From a virus (taxonomy: Duplodnaviria > Caudoviricetes): a DNA stretch of 64,000 nt. Position numbers and translations under genes: made by a program. Positions 36,590 to 45,405 of this stretch are shown in pieces. The stretch lies in IMG/VR virus record IMGVR_UViG_3300030330_005139. The stretch is one strand, 5' to 3'. How positions within the stretch are numbered: position 1 is the stretch's first letter; every line of letters starts with the position of its first letter. The notes under the pieces are model-generated. The model was not told the origin of the DNA, did not search any database, and worked only from the letters and a program-made list of their open reading frames with translations.

Positions 36590-37376
36590 AGACAAGAATA
36601 AATCACTCTCCAAAGTAAAAGGGATTGGTCCAATTTATTATCTCAATCTTGATGGGCAACCTGAGAGACGTGAGTTTATGGAGGAGCAGTTCGAGTATTG
36701 GGAGATTGATAATTACAAAAGAATCTCTGCTTATGATGGTCGAGACGATGACCTGAGTGACATCATCAAGGGACGTTACCCTGACATGATGACCTCTGGT
36801 GAGATTGGTTGTACAACATCACATCTCAAAGCCATCAAGGAGTTCTATGAGACTGGAGAACCTTATGCAATCATCATGGAAGATGACTGCAGTCTTGACT
36901 TGATTCGGTTCTGGAACTTTACATGGAAGGACTTTTACTCTAGAATTCCTTATGACTGGGATGTCGTACAAATTGCAATCATTTGTACAGGAGACATTCA
37001 CATCAAAATCCATAAGAGATTTGTGAATGAGTTCTCAACAGCTTGTTATCTTATCACTCGTCATCATGCCGAGAAGATGATCAAGCTTCACTGTAGAGGT
37101 GACAAGTATAAGCTGGACAATGGAGTGAGACCTCGTCCCGTTGCGGATGACCTTCTTTATAACTCTGGAAACACTTACTCAATCCCTCTTCTTCTTTATC
37201 ATATCCCCTTGGGATCATCCATTCATCCTGATCATGTTGACGCATTTCATAAAGGGAATTATGATGCACAAATGAACTTCTGGCAAAACATGGGAGCTCA
37301 GAAGTCTATTGATGAGTTGATGGATTATGATCCTTATCTGGGTCGTGTCAGTGAGTCGTCAGCAAACAGGGGCTAA
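36582..37376 (+). CDS. Glycosyltransferase family 25
   Basis: YYLNL..RR, SAYDG, GEIGC..SH, IMEDD. Confidence 0.85.
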   Translation: MVRDKNKSLSKVKGIGPIYYLNLDGQPERREFMEEQFEYWEIDNYKRISAYDGRDDDLSDIIKGRYPDMMTSGEIGCTTSHLKAIKEFYETGEPYAIIMEDDCSLDLIRFWNFTWKDFYSRIPYDWDVVQIAIICTGDIHIKIHKRFVNEFSTACYLITRHHAEKMIKLHCRGDKYKLDNGVRPRPVADDLLYNSGNTYSIPLLLYHIPLGSSIHPDHVDAFHKGNYDAQMNFWQNMGAQKSIDELMDYDPYLGRVSESSANRG

Positions 37377-37416
37377 ATAATGAAACCCCACAACAAACAA
37401 CTAGCCATTATTAAAT

Positions 37417-37704
37417 ATGGAAAAAGAGGTATCGGACTTTTCTCTTAAGAGAAGAGAGTGTTCTGTTTGTAAGGCGGTCTGGATCAACGATCAACACATC
37501 TGGTCTGGAACTGGTGCTCAGGGGGATGAACAAACACTACATAACCTGGTATGTTACTCTCAACCTGAGGGATCTGGATGTATCAATCCAGCAAGAGAGG
37601 GTAAGGGTGGGCAGATGTATCCTGATAAGGACTCTTGGGAAAAGAGATCCCAAAAGATTGAACAATTAATGAAAGACATGGAGAACGGCAATGCCTCGTG
37701 GTAG
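37417..37704 (+). CDS. Hypothetical Cys-containing protein
   Basis: CSVC..W..LVC..GCINP. Late promoter upstream. Confidence 0.65.
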   Translation: MEKEVSDFSLKRRECSVCKAVWINDQHIWSGTGAQGDEQTLHNLVCYSQPEGSGCINPAREGKGGQMYPDKDSWEKRSQKIEQLMKDMENGNASW

Positions 37705-37846
37705 ACTTGACAAGATTGGAGCTGAGAACCGGCTTTATAAACTCATGAACAGACTCGACGATGAGCCATGTGCCGACAGTGATAAATATCTTGCAAAGAG
37801 GTATCTCAATTACGTTTTAGATTATATCAAAGAACATTCAAGTTAG
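37691..37846 (+). CDS. Small hypothetical protein (51 aa)
   Basis: MPRGRLDK..LAKRYLNYVLDYIKE. Confidence 0.65.
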   Translation: MPRGRLDKIGAENRLYKLMNRLDDEPCADSDKYLAKRYLNYVLDYIKEHSS

Positions 37847-37860
37847 GAAATAATAAATAA

Positions 37861-37960
37861 ACCTTGGGCGAATGGCTCAACTACTATCGCTAGCCCAAGA
37901 ACTAAACAAACAGAGACATGTCGAGTCTCTTATCATCCGTAGGTTAAACTCTACGAGACA
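37861..37960 (+). promoter_or_regulatory. Structured 5' leader of the porin gene
   Basis: Hairpins CTTGGGC/GCCCAAG, AGAGAC/GTCTCT and CGTAG/CTACG. Confidence 0.45.
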
Positions 37961-37976
37961 AAAAAGGTAAACAAAA

Positions 37977-38351
37977 ATGATCAAATCTGTATTCGCAGCA
38001 ACTGCTGTAATGTCCATGTCCGCTGGTGCCGCTTTCGCAGGCCCTTATGTTAATGTAGAAACCAATGCTGGTTGGGTTGGCGACGACTACACCGCAGCAG
38101 TTACCGACATCCACGCTGGTTTTGAAGGTCCCATTGGTGAGAGTGCTGGCTGGTATGTTCAGGGCGGACCTGCGCTGGTGAACGTTGATGGTGAAGAGGC
38201 TGCAACTGAGATCTCCGGTAAGGCTGGACTTGGTGTTGATGTTACAGAATCCCTCAACATCTATGGTGAAGTTTCCTTCCTGACCGAAGATCAGTCCTTC
38301 ACGGATGATCTGGCTCTCGGAACTAAAGTCGGCGTCAAGTGGACTTTCTGA
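37977..38351 (+). CDS. Small outer-membrane beta-barrel (porin-like)
   Basis: Signal peptide AFA|GPYVNVE, alternating strands, C-terminal KVGVKWTF. Confidence 0.85.
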   Translation: MIKSVFAATAVMSMSAGAAFAGPYVNVETNAGWVGDDYTAAVTDIHAGFEGPIGESAGWYVQGGPALVNVDGEEAATEISGKAGLGVDVTESLNIYGEVSFLTEDQSFTDDLALGTKVGVKWTF

Positions 38352-38377
38352 TTCACACATAGTGTGTTATAATATGG

Positions 38378-38400
38378 GGGGACCAGAGGTCCCCTTTTTT
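38378..38400 (+). terminator. Intrinsic terminator
   Basis: GGGGAC-CAGAG-GTCCCC followed by T6. Confidence 0.8.
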
Positions 38401-38413
38401 ATTGCTTGGACTT

Positions 38414-38749
38414 ATGAGAAAGTTTATTCCCCTTCTCGTCCTTCCTTTTCTTGTGTCCTGTGGTGGACCGAAGGAGGAAGTGGTCGAGGCTCCTCAGTAT
38501 CCCGTTTACTGCATCCGTGAAGTCGTCTTCCTGGACGATGATCCTCAAGGTCGAGTTCTTCTGGACATGCCTGGTTATCCTTATGGACAGACTGACAAGT
38601 ACCAAGAGATTGATAGACAGACTTATAATGAACTTGATGTTCCTGTCTGCCAATCTGATGACCCACGCATGTCTTTGGAAGCAAGTGGCATTGCCTGGGC
38701 AGATGGACGTGACACATCATTGGATGAATTGCCCGAGTCGGTTGAATAA
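38414..38749 (+). CDS. Lipoprotein
   Basis: Lipobox LVS-C after a hydrophobic leader. Confidence 0.7.
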   Translation: MRKFIPLLVLPFLVSCGGPKEEVVEAPQYPVYCIREVVFLDDDPQGRVLLDMPGYPYGQTDKYQEIDRQTYNELDVPVCQSDDPRMSLEASGIAWADGRDTSLDELPESVE

Positions 38750-38759
38750 ATAAAACTGA

Positions 38760-38814
38760 ATATCGTTGCCGCTGAGGGAGTGGTTGGCAAAATCCAACAA
38801 ACACTCCCCTTTTT
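38760..38814 (+). terminator. Long hairpin with T tract behind a late promoter (terminator or small RNA)
   Basis: GGGAGTG-GTTGG..CCAAC..CACTCCC-TTTTT. Confidence 0.65.
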
Positions 38815-38831
38815 CTTCATTAAACTAAATT

Positions 38832-39554
38832 ATGATTGAATACTTTCCTTATCATAGAAAACTTCTAAAGAAGAAAGAAGTTAAAGAACTTTTAAATCAT
38901 TTTGACCAGACATTGCTGCACGTTGGGACAATGTCTGGAGGTGATAATGAGACCACAAGACAAATAAAGCAAGCTTACAATGGTTACTTTGAGGACCCAA
39001 GTGCTAATAGAATAATTTATGATGCCTTGGATAGAGATTCGGGGTTCTGCTGGAGAACCATTGCACAAACTACTGAGCGACCGCTGTTGTCGAAGAGTAA
39101 ACTCGGTCAGTTTTATCATCCACACCAAGACAGTCCCATTCTTGGAGACTACAGTACATCAGTTGTTCTGAACGATGACTTCGAAGGTGGTGAACTTCAG
39201 TTGCGTGTCGCTGGTGAGGTGAAGAATTACAAATTTAAACCTGGTGAGGCAATCACTTACCCAACAGGAATGGATCATTGTGTCCGTCCTGTGACTAAAG
39301 GAGAAAGGAAGGCACTTGTCATTTGGACTAAGAGCTCAGTGACAGATCCTCTGTTGAGAGAGATTGCCTGTCTTTCAAATAAGGCATATCATATTCTCGC
39401 TAAAGAAAAAGACAAGAGAAAAGAGAATCCCTATCTTTTTGAAGATGGGATTGAACAGGCTTCAAATGATCCTCTTTTCTTAATGGATAAGATTTTCTCC
39501 CTTATTGGAAGAGCTGATGGTAGCCAGTGGTATAGTAGACGAAATGGTGAGTGA
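38832..39554 (+). CDS. PKHD-type 2OG-Fe(II) oxygenase
   Basis: YHPHQD, FEGGEL, HCVRPVTKGER. Confidence 0.85.
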   Translation: MIEYFPYHRKLLKKKEVKELLNHFDQTLLHVGTMSGGDNETTRQIKQAYNGYFEDPSANRIIYDALDRDSGFCWRTIAQTTERPLLSKSKLGQFYHPHQDSPILGDYSTSVVLNDDFEGGELQLRVAGEVKNYKFKPGEAITYPTGMDHCVRPVTKGERKALVIWTKSSVTDPLLREIACLSNKAYHILAKEKDKRKENPYLFEDGIEQASNDPLFLMDKIFSLIGRADGSQWYSRRNGE

Positions 39555-39765
39555 GATTGGAAGGTGGATCACAATGGTAATGATGCTCTTCACCATGTGT
39601 AACCAGAGCCCAGAAACACGTCAAGCTTGTATGACTGACTGGGATGTATGGTTATATCCTGAACTTAAGCGGGGGTGGGACCTTCGCTTCGGTGGAGAGA
39701 AACCCTATCAAGAAGAAGAGGAAAAACTCAGAGAGAGACAGAATAACAAATGTATGTTAGGATGA
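39544..39765 (+). CDS. Hypothetical protein
   Basis: Overlapping ORF, DWDVWLYPEL..EKPYQEE. Confidence 0.6.
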   Translation: MVSEIGRWITMVMMLFTMCNQSPETRQACMTDWDVWLYPELKRGWDLRFGGEKPYQEEEEKLRERQNNKCMLG

Positions 39766-39785
39766 ACACACACTGATGGGGTTCC

Positions 39786-40019
39786 ATGAACACTGACCGT
39801 ACTTATTACATTGCATACGATAACGAAACAAGGTTCTGGATTCAGGAAACAAGATTCGGTTTGTATCAGACCGGTCTTGAGGATGGAACTAAGCTTCTGA
39901 CTGGATTGGATAAGGATGGGACTCTGAAGATGACAGCTCAACACATTGTCTGGATGAAGGAAGGTTTCCCTGAACCACTTAGTGGATCTTATGATGGTGT
40001 GGTTGGTGGAAAACTCTAA
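39786..40019 (+). CDS. Hypothetical protein
   Basis: C-terminal YDGVVGGKL. Confidence 0.7.
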   Translation: MNTDRTYYIAYDNETRFWIQETRFGLYQTGLEDGTKLLTGLDKDGTLKMTAQHIVWMKEGFPEPLSGSYDGVVGGKL

Positions 40020-40044
40020 ATAAAGAGAAGAGTAGGATCATTAG

Positions 40045-41259
40045 ATGAGAAGTTTCGATCAGTTTGTTGAATCATCTTCGAAGATTATAAAAGATGAACT
40101 CAACCCAAAGTTCTGGGATGGGAAAGAACTGAAGGAAGACGTAAGAAAGGCATCGATGAGAATCGCTAAGTATTATGCCAACTGGACTGATATCCCCATG
40201 ACAGCCGTGGAGGATGTTCATCTGGTGGGTGGTAATGCTTCTTATCTTTATAATGATAAGTCCGATCTTGACATTCATCTCATCGTTGATAAAGATAAGG
40301 TTTCTGAGTGTGGAGAACTCCTGGATGATTATCTAAGATCAAAGAAGAAACTCTGGGCGTTTGAGCACGACGTAAAGATTTACGGAACAGAAGTTGAAAT
40401 TTATGCTGAGGATGTTAGTGATCCCAAACCTGCTGCTCAGGGTCGTTACTCAATCAAGAATGATGAGTGGATCACTCAACCGAGCAGAGAGATTCCAAAG
40501 ATCAATGATGCTGCAGTTGTGAGCAAGGTGAAGAACCTGGCTGGAGAGATTGATGACATCATTGATGATGAAGTATCAAATGAGTCGCGTCTTCAGTTTA
40601 TCAAAAAGAAACTCTTTAATCTTAGAAGACAATCTCTTTCTGAGGGTGGTGAGTTTGCCTTGGGTAACCTTGTGTTCAAGTCTCTGAGAAACAAAGGTTA
40701 CATTGATAAACTCAATGATTATATGACCAATGTTACTGATAAGAACCTCTCTCTTTATGAGTGGCTTGACATTGAAGAGTCCTCACTTACTCGTGTGATG
40801 AGTAAGGATAAGAAGGGTGGAATGGCAATCATGTCAGCACAGAGAGGTGACAAGAGTGCGAAAGAGAACAGAGCTCGTTCCCAGCAACTTGACAAAGACA
40901 TCAGAGGGAAGGGGTTACCAGGAGCAACCAAAGTTTCTGGTCGTTACACAGAGAACAAAGGTCAGAAGGATGAGAGAAAGGTTGGTGAGAGATCTCATGT
41001 GATCTCCAGTGGTAAGATGGGTAAGAAAAGATTTGCTAAAACAATCAAGTCCCTTGGTAAGAAATACAACCAAGACAGTGTGCTCTTGAAGAAGAAGACA
41101 AAAGGAGATGCGGCACTGGTGGGGACAAACAAATCCTCATTCCCAGGTTATAATAAGCGTATGAAAACTGGTAAGATGAATCCTGGTAAGACAGGTGAGT
41201 TCGACACCAAAGTCAAAAACAAAACGTTCACTTATGAATCAACTGAAGAGGGCATCTAA
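40045..41259 (+). CDS. Pol-beta-superfamily nucleotidyltransferase fused to a basic C-terminal domain, probably packaged
   Basis: LVGGNASY..SDLDIH, VEIY. N-terminal MRSFDQFVE. Late promoter upstream. Confidence 0.8.
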   Translation: MRSFDQFVESSSKIIKDELNPKFWDGKELKEDVRKASMRIAKYYANWTDIPMTAVEDVHLVGGNASYLYNDKSDLDIHLIVDKDKVSECGELLDDYLRSKKKLWAFEHDVKIYGTEVEIYAEDVSDPKPAAQGRYSIKNDEWITQPSREIPKINDAAVVSKVKNLAGEIDDIIDDEVSNESRLQFIKKKLFNLRRQSLSEGGEFALGNLVFKSLRNKGYIDKLNDYMTNVTDKNLSLYEWLDIEESSLTRVMSKDKKGGMAIMSAQRGDKSAKENRARSQQLDKDIRGKGLPGATKVSGRYTENKGQKDERKVGERSHVISSGKMGKKRFAKTIKSLGKKYNQDSVLLKKKTKGDAALVGTNKSSFPGYNKRMKTGKMNPGKTGEFDTKVKNKTFTYESTEEGI

Positions 41260-41467
41260 GAAGTTCATGAAGAAGTTCCCATTCAATCATGTGGTCCTGG
41301 AGGATCGTAAAGAAGTCTGGATCAAGGGAGGTTATCCTGGATGTATGGCTGTTCCTAAACTCATGGAAAAGTTTTATCCTGACTACGATGCTAAGTTGGC
41401 AAAGAATGAGTTCATTGAGGAACTCAAGAAAGATCCTTCTGTGAGGGACAGGTTAGACGACACATGA
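41234..41467 (+). CDS. Hypothetical protein
   Basis: ORF overlapping the NTase stop codon. Confidence 0.6.
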   Translation: MNQLKRASKKFMKKFPFNHVVLEDRKEVWIKGGYPGCMAVPKLMEKFYPDYDAKLAKNEFIEELKKDPSVRDRLDDT

Positions 41468-41571
41468 AGAACGAAGACAACCCTCACAGTATGGGGCCTC
41501 TCGCTAATTTAGTGGGAGGATTTCTAATTGCATTATTTGTTGTTCTGATTCCATTTATTATTTTACTATGA
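41464..41571 (+). CDS. Small membrane peptide (35 aa)
   Basis: ATGA-coupled on both sides; single transmembrane segment. Confidence 0.5.
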   Translation: MKNEDNPHSMGPLANLVGGFLIALFVVLIPFIILL

Positions 41572-41804
41572 CTTTTACTGTTTATTCGAAACAAGGATGT
41601 CCTTACTGTGTTAAGGTCATTAGGGCTCTGCAACTTGCAGAACAGAAGTACGTCGAGTTGAAACTAAATAGAGACTTCGACAAGAGTGAGTTTATCCAAC
41701 AGTTTGGGTTTGGTTCGACCTTCCCTCAAATTGTCACGGAGGATAAACGAATCGGTGGTTGTACCGAAACTGTCAAATACCTACGAGAGAACAATCTAGT
41801 CTAA
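41568..41804 (+). CDS. nrdC: Glutaredoxin
   Basis: CPYC, TFPQI, IGG. Confidence 0.92.
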   Translation: MTFTVYSKQGCPYCVKVIRALQLAEQKYVELKLNRDFDKSEFIQQFGFGSTFPQIVTEDKRIGGCTETVKYLRENNLV

Positions 41805-42169
41805 TGTTTGATCCAGATCTGGAAATCAATAACGCTGTTGAACTGGCAGTTGATCATGCTTTCAGAGGTAAGATTACTATCAACATGTATGAATATCTGA
41901 AGTCACTCAAGGCAACGAGAGGGGACGCTGAGAGATTTCTTGAGAGTCCCACCGCAAAGAATGTCAACCTTTTGATTTATGATCTCGATGATTATCTTGA
42001 GGGAGGTTCTGACTCCGAACATAAGCAACTCAGAGAGGCTTATGGTCATCTTGGGAAGCCAGAGGCAAGAAAGATAAGAAACTTTCTTGACAGTATTATC
42101 ACAGACGCAGGGAAGTATGCACATGACAAACGACCAGGAAGGAGGAAAAGATCTGGCCCCTCTAAATAA
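41804..42169 (+). CDS. Conserved cyanophage hypothetical protein
   Basis: YLEGG..LREAYGHLGKPEARKI. Confidence 0.75.
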   Translation: MFDPDLEINNAVELAVDHAFRGKITINMYEYLKSLKATRGDAERFLESPTAKNVNLLIYDLDDYLEGGSDSEHKQLREAYGHLGKPEARKIRNFLDSIITDAGKYAHDKRPGRRKRSGPSK

Positions 42170-42185
42170 TGAAGATCAACCCCGA

Positions 42186-42374
42186 ATGAACAGAGGGGTT
42201 GAACTAATGATGAGAAACAAAAACAGGAGGAGAGAAGAGCCTAGCCCGGAACCCAAACCTAAGTGGTTTCAATTTCGATTAGGGCAAGTGATTACTCTCT
42301 TTCGTAGAGAATTTCACTTTGGATTCGAAATCTATTTGGATACAAACAAAGGTAAGTTCTCAAAGGAGGAGTAA
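42186..42374 (+). CDS. Hypothetical protein
   Basis: NRGVELMMR..LFRREFH. Confidence 0.6.
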   Translation: MNRGVELMMRNKNRRREEPSPEPKPKWFQFRLGQVITLFRREFHFGFEIYLDTNKGKFSKEE

Positions 42375-42375
42375 G

Positions 42376-42597
42376 ATGATAGCTGTCACCCTTACACTGT
42401 CTGCTTTAATTTCACTGTTATTTCTCGGACTTGGTGGAGTTATTGGATGGTTAGCAAAAGATGTTGTTAATCAAAAGAACACAGCATTCTATCCCATGCA
42501 CCCAGAGTTCTTGGATGAGGATGGAAACATTATCGCAGATGAGATTATGTCTGTGAGATTCGAAAACCCTGAAGAACTTGGGGAAGATCATTACTAA
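42376..42597 (+). CDS. Membrane protein
   Basis: GGAGGAG Shine-Dalgarno, transmembrane helix, HPEF.DEDGN. Confidence 0.75.
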   Translation: MIAVTLTLSALISLLFLGLGGVIGWLAKDVVNQKNTAFYPMHPEFLDEDGNIIADEIMSVRFENPEELGEDHY

Positions 42598-42620
42598 ACA
42601 CTGATTATTTTATTAAGACC

Positions 42621-43079
42621 ATGGCAACAGCAAAGAAACTCCCACCCAACCCCTTTATTCATGAGATCCTTGAGTTGGCGAGTAAACAAAAGAGTGCCGC
42701 AAAGAAAGTTGAGGTTCTGAAAGAATACAGAACAGATGCACTTACGGCAGTTTTGATTTGGAACTTTGATGAGAGTATCATCTCTATGCTTCCTGAGGGT
42801 GAAGTCCCCTTTGAGAAGAATGATGTCCCTGTTGGTACAGACCACACCTCTCTTCGTAAAGAATGGAGAAACCTTTATCACTTCGTGAAGGGTGGTAACG
42901 ACAGTCTTTCGAAGACACGTCGTGAATCGATGTTCATTCAGATTCTTGAAGGTCTTCATCCCACTGAGGCAGAACTCTTGTGTCTCATCAAGGATAAACA
43001 ACTGACCAAGAAGTTCAAGATCACTAAGGCTAATGTTGACGCCGCTTTCCCTGACATCCAATGGGGCGATCGGTCATGA
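42621..43079 (+). CDS. Conserved T4-like hypothetical protein
   Basis: LPEG..P, RRESMFIQILEGLHP.EA. Confidence 0.8.
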   Translation: MATAKKLPPNPFIHEILELASKQKSAAKKVEVLKEYRTDALTAVLIWNFDESIISMLPEGEVPFEKNDVPVGTDHTSLRKEWRNLYHFVKGGNDSLSKTRRESMFIQILEGLHPTEAELLCLIKDKQLTKKFKITKANVDAAFPDIQWGDRS

Positions 43080-43264
43080 GTAAAGGTTTTGACATTAACT
43101 TCGAAGGACTTGACATGGACCCAGATCAGGTCCAGGCGCTTCTTAAGCAATATAAAAAGATTAAGAAGTATCAGAAATCAAATCTGTTTGCCATCAAGAC
43201 AATGGATGGAACAGAGAGTGTCGTGTCTAAGATGATTGAGGAAGCTAATGAAGAAGGGTTCTAA
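43076..43264 (+). CDS. Hypothetical protein
   Basis: Translationally coupled ORF. Confidence 0.65.
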   Translation: MSKGFDINFEGLDMDPDQVQALLKQYKKIKKYQKSNLFAIKTMDGTESVVSKMIEEANEEGF

Positions 43265-43415
43265 CCCCATCAACATCCTTAGACTCATCAGTGAGTTGGA
43301 AGGATCCTCTCAGATGCTCAACCTGATCGATGAACAGGAAGACAAAAGAATCATTGATCTTCTGAAGTCAAAGTATTATAAAATTTATTTCAGTCTGAAG
43401 AAACTTGATAAATAG
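43248..43415 (+). CDS. Small hypothetical protein (55 aa)
   Basis: PINILRLISELEGSSQ..YYKIYF. Confidence 0.6.
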   Translation: MKKGSNPINILRLISELEGSSQMLNLIDEQEDKRIIDLLKSKYYKIYFSLKKLDK

Positions 43416-43433
43416 CTCAAAGAGTGCTATAAT
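43405..43433 (+). promoter_or_regulatory. sigma70-type promoter with an embedded ATAAATA late motif
   Basis: TTGATA, 17 bp spacer, TGn-TATAAT. Confidence 0.65.
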
Positions 43434-43459
43434 GTACTCATGAGGTCAGAGGAACCACC

Positions 43460-43678
43460 ATGACAAAACTCTTATTGAGTCTAATTGTGATTTCCTTGTT
43501 GGGTTCATCACCCGCCTTGGCGGATGACCACACCCCTCTTAGTTGCGAGGAGTATTCTGAGGTTCGTGAGATAATCTTAGAAACTGATTGGCTCTCTCAA
43601 AAAGAAAAAGATCAGCTTCTTAAGAACATCGAATCGTTCCATGAAACTTCTTGTGTCTGGCCTTCGTTCATTCCTTAA
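43460..43678 (+). CDS. Small secreted protein with two Cys
   Basis: Signal peptide PALA|DD. Confidence 0.65.
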   Translation: MTKLLLSLIVISLLGSSPALADDHTPLSCEEYSEVREIILETDWLSQKEKDQLLKNIESFHETSCVWPSFIP

Positions 43679-43788
43679 GTTTTCATTTTTGGGTAGAAGA
43701 CTGGAGGAACGCAAGTAGGACAACGCGGAACGGATCGTTCATTTGAGACCACCCATACCTCAAACGCACACGTTGCCCAAAGGAACGG
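43664..43788 (+). ncRNA. Tandem glutamine riboswitch (glnA / Downstream-peptide type)
   Basis: Two units of CGTTCA-[stem]-CGCA..GGAACG, located upstream of a DUF4278 gene. Confidence 0.8.
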
Positions 43789-43854
43789 GAACTAACTCGG
43801 ATCACCCTTAGGGGTTAAAGGAGAAAAACTGTTCACCAACTTTGGAGTAAACAA

Positions 43855-44106
43855 ATGTCTCAAGCTACTTATCGTGGTGTTGCATACACCATTCAGAATG
43901 ACACACAGAGTGTCCCTCAAACCATCTTGACTTATCGTGGTGTGGACTACCGTCCCAACACTGAGATCAACCAACCGTCTGGTGAGCGCACCTATCGTGG
44001 TGTCTCTTACCAAGCTGGTGTCAATCTCGAAGTTGAGCATGTTCGTAAGAACATCCGCAAGCAGAACGCTCTTCATGGAGCACAAAAATCTCTGGCAATG
44101 CGGTGA
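43855..44106 (+). CDS. DUF4278-family protein with three TYRGVxY repeats
   Basis: TYRGVAY, TYRGVDY, TYRGVSY. GGAG Shine-Dalgarno. Confidence 0.8.
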   Translation: MSQATYRGVAYTIQNDTQSVPQTILTYRGVDYRPNTEINQPSGERTYRGVSYQAGVNLEVEHVRKNIRKQNALHGAQKSLAMR

Positions 44107-44126
44107 TTGGTCACTCGTAGTTTGTG

Positions 44127-44154
44127 AGGGGAGGGGTTACACCCCTCCTTTTTT
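44127..44154 (+). terminator. Intrinsic terminator
   Basis: GGAGGGGT-TAC-ACCCCTCC followed by T6. Confidence 0.85.
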
Positions 44155-44184
44155 AGTTTATACTGTCATATAATGCCAATCATC

Positions 44185-44343
44185 ATGGATACAGAAAAAC
44201 TAAAACTGATTGTAAGAAATTTAAAGTCTCTGGTCGATGTCTTGGAGTCTGAGATTTATTCTGATGTAGAATCATACACTAAAGGATCAGAGTATCTCCC
44301 CCCACTTGCTGATTACGATGAGGTCTTTGAAGATGACGAATGA
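44185..44343 (+). CDS. Small conserved hypothetical protein (52 aa)
   Basis: KLKLIVRNLKSLVDVLESEIYSD..DYDEVF. Confidence 0.75.
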   Translation: MDTEKLKLIVRNLKSLVDVLESEIYSDVESYTKGSEYLPPLADYDEVFEDDE

Positions 44344-44569
44344 GGATTGGAGATATTCAGAAGACAAACTCAAACTCAGGGGAGAGTGTCTTCACATCCT
44401 GTTAAATAAGTTTAGTTATGATGACCCCAACAAAGTCAATTACATAACTCAGGACATTTATGAGTGTGCTCATGACTGGGTGTCACAAGGAAATAAGATC
44501 AGCAGTGGAATCGTTGCTTACTTTGAAGCCTACTATGTAAACAAGGTGGACACAGAACGTTATGTATGA
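44333..44569 (+). CDS. Hypothetical protein
   Basis: DWRYS..IYECAHDWVSQG. Confidence 0.7.
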   Translation: MTNEDWRYSEDKLKLRGECLHILLNKFSYDDPNKVNYITQDIYECAHDWVSQGNKISSGIVAYFEAYYVNKVDTERYV

Positions 44570-44741
44570 AGAACTAGACTGTTTTGAGAGGGCTTTGCAA
44601 CACTTTGGAACCAGGGTTGAAGTTATTGCTGCCATGGAACTTGGTGGTAGAATTAACGCTGAAGATGCCTATCAAATGATTAAAGACGAACTCAAAGAAC
44701 TCAAGAAATGTCGAAGACAAGTTAAAAAACAGGAGGATTAA
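44562..44741 (+). CDS. Small conserved hypothetical protein (59 aa)
   Basis: FERALQHFGTRVE..EDAYQMIK. Confidence 0.7.
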   Translation: MYEELDCFERALQHFGTRVEVIAAMELGGRINAEDAYQMIKDELKELKKCRRQVKKQED

Positions 44742-44746
44742 CATCA

Positions 44747-45382
44747 ATGAAAGTTAGTTTAGTGACAGTTACTCCTGACGCAGAGAAGCACATCGCTTAC
44801 TGCGCAAGAGTCAGTAACCCACAGAATCAAAACAATGATTCATTCGAAGGATTGCTTCGTTATTGTATCAAACACCAACACTGGAGCATCTTTGAACAAG
44901 CAACAATGACTCTGGAGATTGAAACAACCAGAGCTATCGCGGCTCAAATTTTGCGCCATCGCTCATTTACATATCAAGAGTTTTCACAACGTTATGCAGA
45001 TACTAGTCTTCTGACTGACATTGAACTTCCTGAACTGAGACGACAGGACACCAAGAACAGACAGAACTCCATTGATGATCTTGATCCAGAGGTTGTTGAG
45101 AAGTTGAATCGTCAGATGGTAACTCTGTTCAGTTCTGCATCCAATCTCTATCAACAGATGTTGGGACATGGTGTGGCAAAGGAATGTGCTCGATTTGTTC
45201 TCCCTCTCGCAACTCCAACAAAAATGTATATGACTGGCTCAATTCGCAGCTGGTTACATTATATTGATCTGAGATCTTCTAATGGAACTCAGAAAGAACA
45301 CATGGACATTGCTTTGGCGTGTAGAGACATCTTCACAAAAGAGTTTCCAACCATTGCATCTGCGATGGATTGGACAGAATAA
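44747..45382 (+). CDS. thyX: FAD-dependent thymidylate synthase
   Basis: HWSIFE, QILRHRSF..EFSQRY, AKECARF. Confidence 0.96.
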   Translation: MKVSLVTVTPDAEKHIAYCARVSNPQNQNNDSFEGLLRYCIKHQHWSIFEQATMTLEIETTRAIAAQILRHRSFTYQEFSQRYADTSLLTDIELPELRRQDTKNRQNSIDDLDPEVVEKLNRQMVTLFSSASNLYQQMLGHGVAKECARFVLPLATPTKMYMTGSIRSWLHYIDLRSSNGTQKEHMDIALACRDIFTKEFPTIASAMDWTE

Positions 45383-45405
45383 ATAACTAACCCCTGAGTT
45401 TAATT

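Noticed and set aside
37861-37960. wcaG RNA motif
   Set aside because: The paired UGGYG elements I recall for that family are not present.
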